DNA of 64,000 nucleotides, from the NCBI RefSeq assembly GCF_006345805.1, contig NC_043008.1, positions 34,286,001 through 34,350,000 of the forward strand, given 5' to 3'. Of the stretch, positions 51,706 to 63,854 are shown in pieces (within the stretch, counting starts at the first letter, position 1; every line of letters starts with the position of its first letter). The stretch comes from Octopus sinensis. Lineage: Eukaryota. The translations under genes were made by a program, and so were the position numbers. The notes under the pieces were generated by a model. The model worked only from the letters and a program-made list of their open reading frames with translations. It was not told where the DNA came from and did not search any database.

Positions 51706-51955
51706 CACACACACACAAAATCTCAACCAACCTGTGCTAGATTTGAAAAGTGGACACTAAAACAATGATGATGATGATCATCATCATCATCATCATCATG
51801 CTGATGTGTGTGCATGTGTGTGTGTGTCCCTTAATTGAAATTAGAAACATTATCAGTGCTTATTGCATTTGTTTTAGCTACAAGAAACACTGATGCTTAA
51901 TGGACTGGTTGTAGATATCACACGCAACATTTTGCAATCTGAAATGTCTACTTAC

Positions 51956-52015
51956 CTCTTTCTGCCAATCAAGTTCTTCAAATATCCTTTCAAAGCTATC
52001 ATACATATATACAAA
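51956..52015 (-). CDS. SNX27: SNX27 exon ending the FERM domain, 60 nt, phase 0-0
   Basis: cttttctag|TTT...GAG|gtaagt. Encodes FVYMYDSFERIFEELDWQKE, resembling [20 protein letters not shown]. Confidence 0.93.
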
Positions 52016-52258
52016 CTAGAAAAGAAGAGAGGGAGAAAACGAGAAAACGTTGAGAATATATAATACAATATTACATTCTAAATTGCAAATGAAAAATAAG
52101 TCAAAATTAAGAGTTGAGGAAACAGTATGAAATGCAGAATGGTCCTTTAAAAAAATGCTAATATTTAAATTATACCTATTACTAGCAGCTGTATTAGATA
52201 TACATATTACCAGTTACACATACACACACACACACAATAATTATAATATATATACATA

Positions 52259-52660
52259 TCTATTATATAAAATCCGTTCTGTCTGTCTATATGTCTTCTA
52301 GGATCTCAGGCGTCCTCCATCTGATTGCGCTCAAATTTGATATGTAGATACTGACAGTATCAAGGCGTATATAAGTCTTGAAAAAATTACAAAAATCGAT
52401 AGTATTCTCCCATTCAACAGCCTTATCATTACTGGTACTTTAAACTCTTTGGTTGCATATTTGTGTGAATAAAATCGTTTTTCTTTGGAATAGAAAAAAT
52501 GTCTATCTTTATTTCTTCTTTTGCTGGTGTCTCAAATTTAGGTTAAATCAGTGTCTCTCAAAGGGGAGGCCTATGGGACGGTCGGACAAGTTGTTTTGAG
52601 AAAATTTAGTTTAAATGTTTGACAACTCAGCACCGTCCATTGGACGGGCGGGGGGGGGGC
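52259..52660 (+). mobile_element. Non-autonomous Helitron-like element
   Basis: A|TCTATTATATAAAATCCG start; ccgtcc att ggacgg subterminal hairpin; terminal CTAG not visible. Confidence 0.55.
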
Positions 52661-53304
52661 GTTTTACTCATATATTATATATTTGTTAAATATAATGCCA
52701 ATATATCATTAATTACATACATTATTGATGACTATATATTCGTACTGATAGCAGCCATATTGGCATCACCTTCAAGTAAAGCAGACCTCAGTGAGATTTG
52801 AACTCAGAATATAAAGGGATGTAACCAGATTAACACAAGGTATTTTGTCTCAGGACATACCAATTTTGACTTAAACCCCACCATGCATGTTTCTAAAATG
52901 CAGTTTATTTCCAGGTCAGCTCTGGTGGAATAAGCTTATTGCAAAAGATTTTCCAGCTGTAATAACCCTGTCTTATCCTCTGCCTCTCCCCCATAAGGTT
53001 CAACAACCTGAGGCCTCTTCATTACTTTATCCCATGTCTTTCTGGGTCATCTGCTTTCACAGAATCCATCCACATTTGAAATTTATCATATATGCATACA
53101 TCCAGCAGAGCATGCTAACTTCATTTCTTTCTAGTATTTGCATGTTCTATGCATTCACAGCTCACATTTCACTATCATGCAACATTTATACACAAGCATT
53201 ACACAATCTACCTTTCACTCTGAGAGAGAATACTTCTTTTTTACTAACAAAGGTAACATTCTCTGAACTTTCTCCAGCTGATCTGTTTCATATATATATA
53301 TATA

Positions 53305-53700
53305 CTAGCAGTATCGCCCGGCGTTGCTCGGTGTTGTAAGGGAAATAACTATATAAGCATTTTCAGAGAGTTATAGCCAAAAAATAGCAAAAAAAATGCA
53401 TTAAAAATTGAAAAAAAATTACGGTAAATTTTTTTTAAATCGTTGACACATCGTAGATATTTTTAGAGAGTTACTTCCCTTATATAAAAGCGAAAAAAAT
53501 GCATTAAAATGGAAAAATATGATGGTAAATTTTTTTTAAATCGTAGACTCATCGTAGACGCGCGCTAATACCCAGAAGGGCTCGATATGAATCACGACTA
53601 TAAGATACCCACTTTTGGTTAAACTGCACCGCAAAATGTGGGAGTAATTACGAATGTAAATCGAAGGGGACAGACACACAACTTCACTCTTATATAAAGA
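53305..53700 (-). mobile_element. Non-autonomous Helitron, both ends intact
   Basis: Minus strand A|TCTTTATATAAG ... ccgagcaacgccgggcg hairpin, atactgCTAG|T. Internal tandem repeat of about 100 bp. Confidence 0.8.
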
Positions 53701-54029
53701 TGCTTTTTTTTTTCAGTCATAGAGTTAGATTTATGAAGGTCTTCAGTAGAAAATCCTTCGAATTCTGACTCGCTGCTTGATATAATGAAATTCGTATCCA
53801 TTTTTTGTCAGAATTACAAATTTTGAAAACACAATAGGAACAAATTTCGGAAAAAAATCTCCCATAATTCACGGAATTAAAATTACACTTCGATTTTTGT
53901 ACAAAACTGTATTTGAAGTGTTTACGAAGTATAATACGTGTTTTCACGAATGTACTAAAGAGATTTACTCTGATATTCTCATTTAAATATGAATAGGTAA
54001 ATTCGGGCGGTTTGGTAACGAAAGGGTTT

Positions 54030-54479
54030 ATATAAGTGTCGTCTGTTTATACATAAACACTGTTTCATAGTTTCAGTTTAGTCTTCCTCAAATCACTGTC
54101 GCTAATTTACTCTCTTCCAAGAACATTTTCACTCACTGTTATCTGTTAGCTTCCCATACATTTTACTCATGTATCTATCAGCGTGATAGACAGAAACAAA
54201 TATTACATTTACTTTCATTTTATTCGTTGCCCACTGTGTGTGTGCGTTTGCGTGTGGTGTAAACCAGACTAAGAAAAGCATTTGACACACACACCAGAAT
54301 GTGAGTTTTCTGTAAATTTTGCTTAATTGGAGTTTAAATTTTAAAAACTGGACCTGGCATGACGCGATGCATTGTACTCTTAAAACTGCTAGGTAAATTG
54401 TAATTGAAGAAATCCTATATTGTAGACTTGTATAACTCCCAAAGGGAGGCAGATAAAATCTGCCTTTTATAATAAGAGA
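54030..54479 (-). mobile_element. Helitron-like 5' fragment
   Basis: Minus strand A|TCTCTTATTATAAAAGGCAG resembles the 13340 start; 3' limit uncertain. Confidence 0.45.
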
Positions 54480-54504
54480 TATATATATATATATATATAT
54501 ATAT

Positions 54505-54866
54505 CATCATCATCATCACCGTTTAACGTCCATTTTCCATGCTAGCATGGGTTGGACGGTTCAACTGGGGTCTGGGAAGCCAGAAGGCTGCACCAGGCCC
54601 AGTCTGATCTGGCAGTGTTTCTACAGCTGGATGCCCTTCCTAACGCCAACCACTCCATGATTGTAGTGGGTGCTTTTTACGTGCCACCTACACAGGTGCC
54701 AGACGAGGCTGGCAAACAGCCACGATCGGATGGTGCTTTTTATGTGCCACCGGCACGGGGGCCAGATGAGGCTGGCAATGGCCACAATCGGATGGTGTTT
54801 TTTACGTGCCACTGGCACGGAGGCCGGTCGGGGCAGCGCTGGCAACGGCCACGTTGGGATGGTTCT
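54505..54866 (-). mobile_element. RTE-tail repeat, young, with internal subrepeats
   Basis: Close match to 38012-38220; CpG-rich. Confidence 0.85.
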
Positions 54867-55196
54867 CATATATATATATACACCAATTATTTTAAGGAAA
54901 CTGATTCCCCCAAAATACTAGATATTGAACCAGTATTTCCTTGAATGAAACCATCCCTCCACTCACATGATATCATTCAATATAAGGCTAATAATGTAAA
55001 AGGCACACACAAAAGATGGTGACATGCAGTACATCATTTATTTATCATTTTACCATAATTGATAAAAATAAGTATTAGTAATATATCAAAGTATATTCCT
55101 TTGCCGACATTCTTATCTCCTCCCCAACCATCTACAAGAATGGGAACTGCTGCACTTCATAAAAAAATGAGAGAGAGAAAAGAAATTATCACTTAC

Positions 55197-55325
55197 ATAA
55201 GTTGAATAAATTCGAACTAGTCTAGACTTCCTGCTTGGCCGGAAATATTCAAATATAAACGACATGGTTTCATCATCTATGTCATAGTTTTTTATATCAG
55301 ACCATTTTATTTCTACAACTTGAGG
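55197..55325 (-). CDS. SNX27: SNX27 internal exon (FERM F3), 129 nt, phase 0-0
   Basis: cctatccag|CCT...TAT|gtaagt. Encodes PQVVEIKWSDIKNYDIDDETMSFIFEYFRPSRKSRLVRIYSTY, resembling vertebrate W..M..WD.DEEGMAFCFEY..K.RWVKIFTPY. Confidence 0.95.
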
Positions 55326-55561
55326 CTGGATAGGAAGAAGAAAAAGAAGAAAACAGAAATGAATATTGAAATTAAAACTATGAAAATTAAAATATAAAAT
55401 TGGATGAAAAAGAAGAAAAACATTTGCAGACAACTAAATAACAATGTTTGTTTGAAGATTTTAAATGCAGAGAGAACCAAGAAATGAAATGTTCTTCTCA
55501 GAATAAATTTGTTTAATCTCTATTGAAAGGAGTTTACATAAACAAATATTTGCTCAAATGA

Positions 55562-55785
55562 TTAATCCTTTAGCATTCAGATTATTCTGTCAAATGCAAT
55601 GCTTATTCATTCAAATTGTTTTGAATTAATCCTGCATTATCTTGTATCTTTGAGATTTCAAGGATGCAATTGTTCATTTTTAGAATGACATTGCAAGGTA
55701 GGTTTTAAAGGCTGGATCAAGTCAGTTTGAACATAAAACAGAATATTTGGGCCAGGTGTGGCTGGTTTGGATGCTGATGGGTTAA
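55562..55785 (-). mobile_element. TTAA MITE copy
   Basis: ttaatcctttagcattcaga...atgctgatgggttaa. Confidence 0.75.
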
Positions 55786-56429
55786 ACAAAAATCTTCTCT
55801 TCAATCATTTGAACAATCAGCAGTATGAAAAAGCTTTTGAGTTTTTTGGGGGTATGATGTCTTGTAGTTTACTGAAATACCAGATACCAAGAGGTGGTTA
55901 ACAAAGTATTAAGGACATTATGAAGGCAACCACATAAGTAATCACCTAGGTAACACACTAATTTCACTAGCATGGAAGGTACTATAAAGTTTACTTGTGG
56001 AACAGACAGCTGAAGTTTTGTGTGATTTGCCAATGTTACAGGGAACCAGTGATTGTTGTAGTGTTTCTGATGTATGGACAGGTGTGTTGGCAAACTAGAA
56101 ATCATTTAACTAAAATGTTGTGTCTGCACATAAATAATTAAAAGTACCTTGCTATTTTGAATAAACTCATATATGTTGTTATTAGGCCGAATGCCCTTCC
56201 TGTATACGTGTGTATACATGCATGGATGTGTGAGTACATGTGTATGGGAACACATGCACATATGTTTAAACACATTATGTACCTTCTTTGCTCTCTTTCC
56301 TGTTGGAGTAGCCATGTGTCTCCTCTACAGCAAGAGACATTCCTGTTTCTCTATAAAACTTAACTCTATAAACATCCGGCATAAAGCTACCTTCTTCAAT
56401 ACTGCATCCCATCCATTTTATCATGGATG

Positions 56430-56620
56430 GGGGGTCTTATCTTGCTGACCTCACTAGTGCTGGTGACACACAAAAAAAAAAGTACGCATTAGGAAGGGCA
56501 TTCACCCTCATAAACCATACCAAACAGACCCTGGATCCCATTGTAGATCTCTGATTCATCAAATCCTGTTGAACTGTCCAACCCATACCAGCATGGCATA
56601 TGGATATTAAATGATGTTTG
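56430..56620 (+). mobile_element. RTE-tail repeat
   Basis: gcattaggaagggcatt...cccataccagcatggc..attaaatgatg. Confidence 0.65.
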
Positions 56621-56849
56621 CATGAACATGTGCACAAGTATGTGCCAATGACTGGGTGTGCACCTATGCATATTCTTATACATGAATGTGCTCTGTTAAT
56701 TTAGCATACATTTATTTAACCATTTAAGCAAATGTCTGTGTGTGTATACCTACATACACATATATTTTACACATACATTTTCCATCTTACATTCACATCG
56801 TGTGAACAAGTTTTCATGCTTCAGCAGGGTGCAAGCTTCCATGCTGAAC

Positions 56850-57140
56850 ACATCAAAATTTAGAGGCCACACTAATATGGCTCAACTCTTCTTCCCAGAA
56901 GTAAAAATGGGTTTGCTTAGGGCCAACACCTAAGTTATGGAAAGTTATGGAAGCAACAATGACAATTCAAAACCAACAAGAACTAGGAGAGGAAGGCCTT
57001 ACACAGTGCAGCAAAATCTGAAAGGAAGTTGGAAATCTAACCCCATATCTGAGCACCAGAAGATAGCCCAGAATCAAGAACAGTGGAGAAATGTCATTGA
57101 TGGCCTGCACTCCATAAGGAGCAAAGAGCTTAAGTACTGC
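56850..57140 (+). pseudogene. RTE/BovB-like ORF C-terminal remnant
   Basis: RTRRGRP...KIAQNQEQWRNVIDGLHS resembles RTE C-termini. Confidence 0.5.
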
Positions 57141-57375
57141 CCTTAAACAAAACTTTATTTCTTGACTATAAGAGAATGAAAAGTTAAGCTGTCTTTGATT
57201 GGTGTTGACTACAATACAGGTTTTCTATCTGATGCTCCAGTCCTTTACTGTTCTTTGACAAAACTTTGCTTAAACTTAGTAAATAATAATTCTAAATAAA
57301 AATATAGCAATTAAGCAAGTAAATGAAAAAAAAAACAAACAAACAATCAAACAATTAGAAAAGAAAATCATTTAC

Positions 57376-57525
57376 TTCAATGGAACCATCTTCTTTGCAT
57401 GCTTGTAATCGAAAGGCACGGATTCCAATGCTGGCCATCACATGACCTTCCTTACGAGAATCACAGGCACAATGGGGGAACACAATTTCACCGTAAGAGT
57501 CAAGTCTTCGAGCCATCTTCAAATA
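57376..57525 (-). CDS. SNX27: SNX27 internal exon, 150 nt, phase 0-0
   Basis: tttcag|TAT...GAA|gtaaat. Encodes YLKMARRLDSYGEIVFPHCACDSRKEGHVMASIGIRAFRLQACKEDGSIE; FPHCACDSR is characteristic of SNX27. Confidence 0.96.
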
Positions 57526-58213
57526 CTGAAAGTAAAATAACAATCCTAACAATATAGTAGATTAACAATAAGCATGTTTATTAAAATACAGGCCACAAAC
57601 TGATTCTGTGGCTGAAGCAGAGCTTCATCTTACCAGTAGGGTAGGGAAACAGATGTAGAACAAGCATAGACAACCTTTGCTGAGAAGCAGGCTACATGAT
57701 AGACTGGCTTATCATATGGTCAGGCTGCATAACTAAAAAAACATTCAAGGCAATTTTCCATTAGGCATGCCATTCAGAAAGTACTGTGGGCCACAGGTAA
57801 CCCATGACTGATGTAAAATGTGTAATATGACATGCTAGAAATAGCTGTCCATTTCATTACGATGAAAATATAACTTGACTAGGAAGATTGCTAATGGAGA
57901 AGTCATCTAAGTAAATGTGAATATTGTACATATTGAGTTTGCAGAACATATTTAGGATTTGTTGCAACGAATCAGAGCCAACACATGTATTTGTGTATTA
58001 CATGTACTGAGTGCTCTGTATCTCATTCAAACTTCTAAACATAAACACACACATACACACAAAAAGTACACTCACAAACAGATTTGTATGATTCCCAATA
58101 ACAAATTAACACAGCAATAGGAGACTTCTCCAGTATCTTATATATGTAAATATGTACACACTCTCTCTCTCTCTCACACACACATTCATATTCATTAAAG
58201 AGAAATAACTCAC

Positions 58214-58303
58214 CTCGTTAACCTTGGCAGCTTCTTGCAAAGCTTTTAACTCATACAACCGGTCACCAGCTTTTATCAAACTCCTACTGACATCATCTAT
58301 TGC
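58214..58303 (-). CDS. SNX27: SNX27 internal exon, 90 nt, phase 0-0
   Basis: aattcag|GCA...GAG|gtgagt. Encodes AIDDVSRSLIKAGDRLYELKALQEAAKVNE (FERM F2), in frame with both neighbours. Confidence 0.93.
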
Positions 58304-58404
58304 CTGAATTTAAAAGTAAAGATATGAATCGATAAATAAGCAATCCTTCAAGTAAGTGAGAATTTATAAGAGAAAATGTAGAAGGCAATTTCACCAAAAG
58401 AATA

Positions 58405-58450
<46 letters not shown>

Positions 58451-58559
58451 CTGTTTAGTATTGACAGTTGGATGAAAGAGTACTTTATACACAGTAGAGA
58501 TTAATAATATTTTTAGTTTGGTCAAGTTAGCTGCTTGCTACTCTGAGTTTTGCCTGTGA

Positions 58560-58845
58560 GTACAGAGGGTCTTCAAGCAACACTCGTACTGGTCCAGGCA
58601 AAAAGTACCTGTGCCGGTTCACATAAAAAGTACCCACACTGGTCCACATAAAACGCACCCATGCCAATCCATATACAAAGTATCCATGCTGGTGCAATGT
58701 AAAAAGTACTCAGCATGTTCTGTAAAGTGGCTGACATTAGGAAGGGCATTCAGCCATAGAAACCAAACCCAATCAGGCTGGAACCTGGTACAGCTCTCCA
58801 GCACTGGTCAAGCTGTCCAATCCATACCAGCATGGAAAAGAAAAT
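58560..58845 (+). mobile_element. RTE-tail repeat
   Basis: gacattaggaagggcattcagccatagaaacc...ccataccagcatggaaaa. Confidence 0.7.
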
Positions 58846-59589
58846 AAAATGGAGCAAGGCTTGAAACAAATAACTGAAAGGAAGCAGAAATAAAGAAATT
58901 ACCTCTGTCATTTTTGGAGGCTACTTACAATAAATATATAAAATCATTGAAATACTCAAGATGTTTCTAGTTAATGACTGCGACAAGAGTACATATTGCC
59001 TCTCAACTGTGTTTACAAGTGATGCATTACACACATGAGGATAGCTTAAATGTATAGTAGGGTTCAGCATCACTGATTACAGATTATGTAATGATAAAAT
59101 AAGAACATTTGGTAGGTGAAAAGAGGTAGACAGGGACAAAGAAATAGAAACAAAAATCAATGAAAAAGTCACAAAAAGAAGATAAGATGGTTACACAAAC
59201 AATAAGCATTGCAGACATTGGAGTTTGGCACAGTCCTCTAGCTGGATGGCTCCTGTCAAACCCATGCCAGCATCAGAAAACAGACGTTAAATCATGATGA
59301 TGACTGCAGTAGATGGACACAAAAACACACACAGAAAAAAAATTGAAAACATCACAGAAAAAAAAACTTTAACAGGGAACAAGGCCACAAAATTTGCAGG
59401 AAATGATTGTGCCCTCACTTGAATCAATCACAATATTTTGTAGGTATAAGAGTGTTTTATCACTCCTATAAGGCTGTAAGGAAAAGTTGGCCTTGATAGG
59501 ATTTGAACTCAGAATGAACAGAATCATAACTAAATAGCAGAAGGCACTCTGTAATGAAACTAAGATACTTTTTAAAAAATGTAAGGCAG

Positions 59590-59747
59590 TAGGAGTGGCT
59601 GTGTGGTAAGTAGCTTGTTTATGAACCACATGGTTCCAGGTTCAGTCCCATTACATGGCACCTTGGACAAGTGTCTTTTACTATAGCCTCAGGCTGACCA
59701 AAGCCTTGGGAGTGGATTTGGTAGACGGAAACTGAAAGAAGCTCGTC

Positions 59748-59813
<66 letters not shown>

Positions 59814-60027
59814 ATGTTTATGTGTCTGTCTTTGTCCCTCCAACATCGCTTGACAACCGATGCTGGTGTGTTTACATCCACATAACTTAGCGGTTCGGCA
59901 AAAGAGACCGATAGAATAAGTACTAGGCTTCCAAAGAATAAGTCCTGGGGTCAATTTGCTCAACCAAAGGCGGTGCTCCAGCATGGCCACAGTCAAATGA
60001 CTGAAACAAGTAAAAGAGAGTAAAGAG
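59590..60027 (+). mobile_element. SINE family A, young full-length copy
   Basis: ggagtggctgtgtggtaagtagc...gactgaaacaagtaaaagagag. Confidence 0.9.
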
Positions 60028-60096
60028 TAGAATAAATTCCGTTAATGAGAACAAAAGAGGAAAAGACAGAGAATGAATGAATAAAGACAATTTTAC

Positions 60097-60257
60097 CTGC
60101 CAGTAGAGCAAGTTGCTCACATATTCACTATAACTAAGCTGCATCTCAAGTGCTAAGGAGAATACCCATTTTCTCAGTGCTATGCAGGTTGCTGTGGCTG
60201 TACTGTAATTCTGGATATAAATATTGTGTGGAAATTCTTGTGGTTGCAACTTTCGTT
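60097..60257 (-). CDS. SNX27: SNX27 internal exon, 161 nt, phase 1 to 0
   Basis: cacattag|AA CGA...TGG CAG|gtaaaa. Encodes (E)RKLQPQEFPHNIYIQNYSTATATCIALRKWVFSLALEMQLSYSEYVSNLLYWQ, matching the SNX27 motifs EFPHxxYIQNY and RKWxF. Confidence 0.95.
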
Positions 60258-60832
60258 CTAATGTGAATTGAGAAATAGAAAGAAGGTAAGTTCAAATATC
60301 ACATTTCTGAGTTTATTAAGTCCACAGTAGATATTTTGTGGATATCATGAATGTAGATATACAAAATTCCATTTCAAAGTAGAGAGTACAGAATATAAAG
60401 AGATTTTGACATTTTTACAACACAATTTTTGTGGGGTCAGACTTACGTCTCTTAAACCCTTCAGGTGCTTTAATTAATGTCTGATCATATCACTTTTGCT
60501 GCAAAAATATCTTGAAAATTTATATTTTCAAATTGAATATCAAGGAAAAAAAAATTTTAATGAAGCCTATTGACAATTTCTGTATCTTGGTACACTTTCA
60601 GTAAATTACTTATTGGTGATTCCTGAAATAAAAGGGTGAGATGGTGGATTTGAGGGAGATTTGGTTGCTAATTCTAGAAGGTTGAATGACCACATAGAGG
60701 TTCTGTCATTGGCTAGCCACCAGTAAAAGATTTCACACTTAAGGTATTTGATTATGATCAATTGAACACCTATTGACAACCCACACTTTTAATAAGCCAA
60801 GTATAATCCAGTGCTTGGTAATTTCTACCAGC

Positions 60833-61051
60833 TTAGCTCTATAGCATTCACATTATTCTGTCAAACGTAATACTTATTTATATACATTGTTTTGAATTAA
60901 TCACGAATTATCTTGTGGCTTTGAAATTCCAATGATGTAGTTGTTTATTTATGCAATGACATTGCTGGGTAGGCATGAAATGTTGGATCTGGTCAGTTTG
61001 AACATAAATTATTTTGGCTGGATATGACCAGTTTAAATGCTAAACAGTTAA
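60833..61051 (-). mobile_element. TTAA MITE copy
   Basis: Homologous to 55562-55785. Confidence 0.7.
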
Positions 61052-61552
61052 AATAATGTAACTGGACACATAAAGGTTGAAAGACAAAGCCAACTTTGGC
61101 AGAATTTAAATTTAATATTACAACTGACATTCTACTATGAAACTAATATTACAATGGATTTGTTTATGATCATATGATATTCTAGAGCTGAAATACTATT
61201 AATTGTTAATGAGCTTGACCATAAAAATCTCATCACCACCTTCCTTTGACTGGCACAGCTGGCTGACTGTTTGCTATTCCCAAAGATCTAGCAATCAGCA
61301 ATTACTATAAGTCTCTGTTCACTTTTACATGCACAAAGGCCTCAGAGTTGAGACTTCTCTTATTCTTGTTAATATCAAACTAGGATTTCCTTTGTCAATT
61401 GCTGATTTACCATTCTTCAACTGTGCCCTAAAAAATGGCTTTGGACATGAAATCATGTCAAAATACGTGTCATCAAGAAGAGAGATTTCAGTATTAGACT
61501 GTGGTAAGGAGTGATCCTTATCTACTAGCATGTAGCATAAAACAAAAAAGCT

Positions 61553-61781
61553 TTAACTCTTTCGTTACCATATTTATTTTGAGATGCTCTGTGTTTCATT
61601 CAATTAATTTTAAATATAACAAAGAATTTAGTAAAAGAACTTAGTTATCATTAAGCTAGTGTTAGGAACATAAATTGTGATTAAGGTTTGGAGGAAGATT
61701 TCAATTCAATACTTATGAAAACAAGACATTTGTACTACAAAGCAAAAGGTGGTTTTGGCTGGGTTGGTATCAAAAGGGTAA
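61553..61781. mobile_element. Second TTAA-type MITE family
   Basis: ttaactctttcgttacca ... ttggtatcaaaagggtaa inverted ends. Confidence 0.7.
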
Positions 61782-62019
61782 AAATCCAGTTTCAAACAAT
61801 TTAAAATGCAATAATAGGAATAAGAAGTTTAAAAAATAATAATTACTCATCAGAACCATTACTAATGGGACCACAAACACATCTCTTGTACAGCAAGACA
61901 ACTGTGTGAATCCCTCTATCCTTTTAATACAGGGTATAAATCTACCTCCCCCCCTTCCCCTCTTAGTAATGATAGCTTTTTCCCTTTTCTGTCATTTTTT
62001 TCAGTCTTGCAAGTTACAT

Positions 62020-62210
62020 GGCAACCTCACAAGTGTAGGAGGCATGGAAAAAGCACCCAGTGTACACTGTTAAGTGGTTGGCATAAGAAGGGCATCCAGC
62101 TGTAGAAATCCTGCCAAAGCTGACAATGGAACTCGATGTGGCTTTCTGTCAAAGTATCCAACTCATGACAACATGGAAAATGAGCAGTAAATGATGACGA
62201 TGATGATGAA
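62020..62210 (+). mobile_element. RTE-tail repeat
   Basis: gcataagaagggcatccagctgtagaaa...aaatgatgacgatgatgatg. Confidence 0.7.
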
Positions 62211-62394
62211 ACAATAGAATCCAATGAAAATCTCCACTAGAAACATCAAATCTCTACTCTTTTTTACAGCGATTATCTTATTTCACACCTTAAACTTTTA
62301 GCTCTAATTTAATAGATTAATTAACTTGAAGAATTTAAGATATGGCACTTAGTCATATTTTAATCACATTTGCAACTTGTGTTCAAAGAACATA

Positions 62395-62896
62395 CTGTAA
62401 ATCCTCGAGTATAATCCGCATTTTTTTCCCAAAATTTAAAGGTCAAAATCCCTAGTGAGTACTATATACGAGGTTAAAAATGAAAGATATTTTTTCTAAG
62501 CAATGTCCAAGTCTCTATTTGCTGTCCAGCAATTTTTATTCAGACACATTTTGTGAAAATACCTTAAGCTAAGCCTGAAAGCAATGAAGTCATAAAAGAA
62601 TCATCCGTAACTTGCAGTAAGCAACATTTATTAAGCGTTATTACTGTTATTTCTTTATTTTCTGCAAACAAAATGCCCCAAAAAGCTACACGTTTGCATT
62701 ATGTTATATATACAATAATAATAAAGGACGTTACCGTATACATTTTTACAAACCAAGGACGTTATATAGACCTCCTTGACTCAAGTTAGAGAAGGGATGC
62801 ATATTATACACAAGGTTTAGGTTTTTCAGAGGTACAGCCCCCTAAAAATTCCCTGCGTGTTATACTCAAGGGCGGACTATACTCGAGGATTTATGG
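62395..62896. mobile_element. pogo/Tigger-like MITE with TA TSD
   Basis: TA-ctgtaaatcctcgagtataatccgc ... gcggactatactcgaggatttatgg-TA. Confidence 0.85.
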
Positions 62897-62974
62897 TAAT
62901 TCTAAAACAGGAAAAACAAAAGACAGAAAAAAACACAATCAGGTTGAGAAAGGAACTTAAATATGATATCTCAC

Positions 62975-63053
62975 CAAAATTATAGTCCACCGTTTCAAAA
63001 AGATAAAAAAACTTGGATGATGTATTATCAATCTGTAATTTGTTGCATACAGC
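62975..63053 (-). CDS. SNX27: SNX27 internal exon (FERM F1 region), 79 nt, phase 0 to 1
   Basis: ccttacag|GCT...TTT G|gtgaga. Encodes AVCNKLQIDNTSSKFFYLFETVDYNF+G, resembling the SNX27 segment before RKL..EFPH. The terminal G joins AA of the next exon to give Glu. Upstream exons lie beyond the window. Confidence 0.88.
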
Positions 63054-63374
63054 CTGTAAGGAAAATGAAATGCATTAGTCATTGTTCAGAGAAACCGAAG
63101 AAAATTAAAATAAAATTAACTGAAAAACGGCGATTCTATTCTAAATAGTGTCATATTCTCATTAGTAAATAATATACACCACGATTATCTCCCTTAACTT
63201 TGCACGCAGCAACATAACATAGACATTTGAGGAGCATCAACATTACAAATACGGCCTACTACAGGGAAGCTAGTTTTCAGACATCAGACTGTGGTCAAGC
63301 TAGGGCACTCACTGAAAGGGCTTTAGTCACTCCTATCAAACAAATTACTTAATTTACTGACACCTATTTATCGG

Positions 63375-63813
63375 ATAGTTATGTTCACTTTTAAAATACA
63401 GGAATGCACTTCGATACAGTTTTACATCAGTACGCCCTTAGAGGTACACCAACGACGAGGGTTCCAGTTTATCGGATCAGCGGAACAGCCTGCTCTTGAA
63501 ATTAACGTGCAACTGGTTGAGTACTTCACAGACACGTGGACCCTCAATGTTGTTCTCAGGGAGATTCAGCGTGACATAGAGTGTGACAAGGCCGGCCCTT
63601 TAAAATACAGGTACAACAGAAACAGAAAGAAAGAGTGAGAGAAAGTTGTGGTGAAAGAGTGCAGCAGGGTTCATCACCAGCCCCTGCTGGAGCCTCGTGG
63701 AGCTTTAGATGTTTTTGCTCAAAAAACACTCACAATACTCGGTCTGGAAATCGAAGCCACAATCCTACGACCGCGAGTCCGCTTCCCTAACCACTGGACC
63801 ATTGCGCCTCCAC
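63375..63813 (-). mobile_element. SINE family D (tRNA head plus probable Nin/Deu-like domain)
   Basis: Head gtggaggcgcaatggtccagtggttagg; body gtcacgctgaatctccctgagaac...cacgttaatttcaagagcaggctgttccg. Domain name from recall only. Confidence 0.75.
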
Positions 63814-63854
63814 ATACATACATACACATGCATGTATATATATGTGTGTGTGTG

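Noticed and set aside
61325-61531. Overlapping ORFs between SNX27 exons
   Set aside because: No SNX27 similarity; the flanking exons 62975 and 60257 already join in frame.
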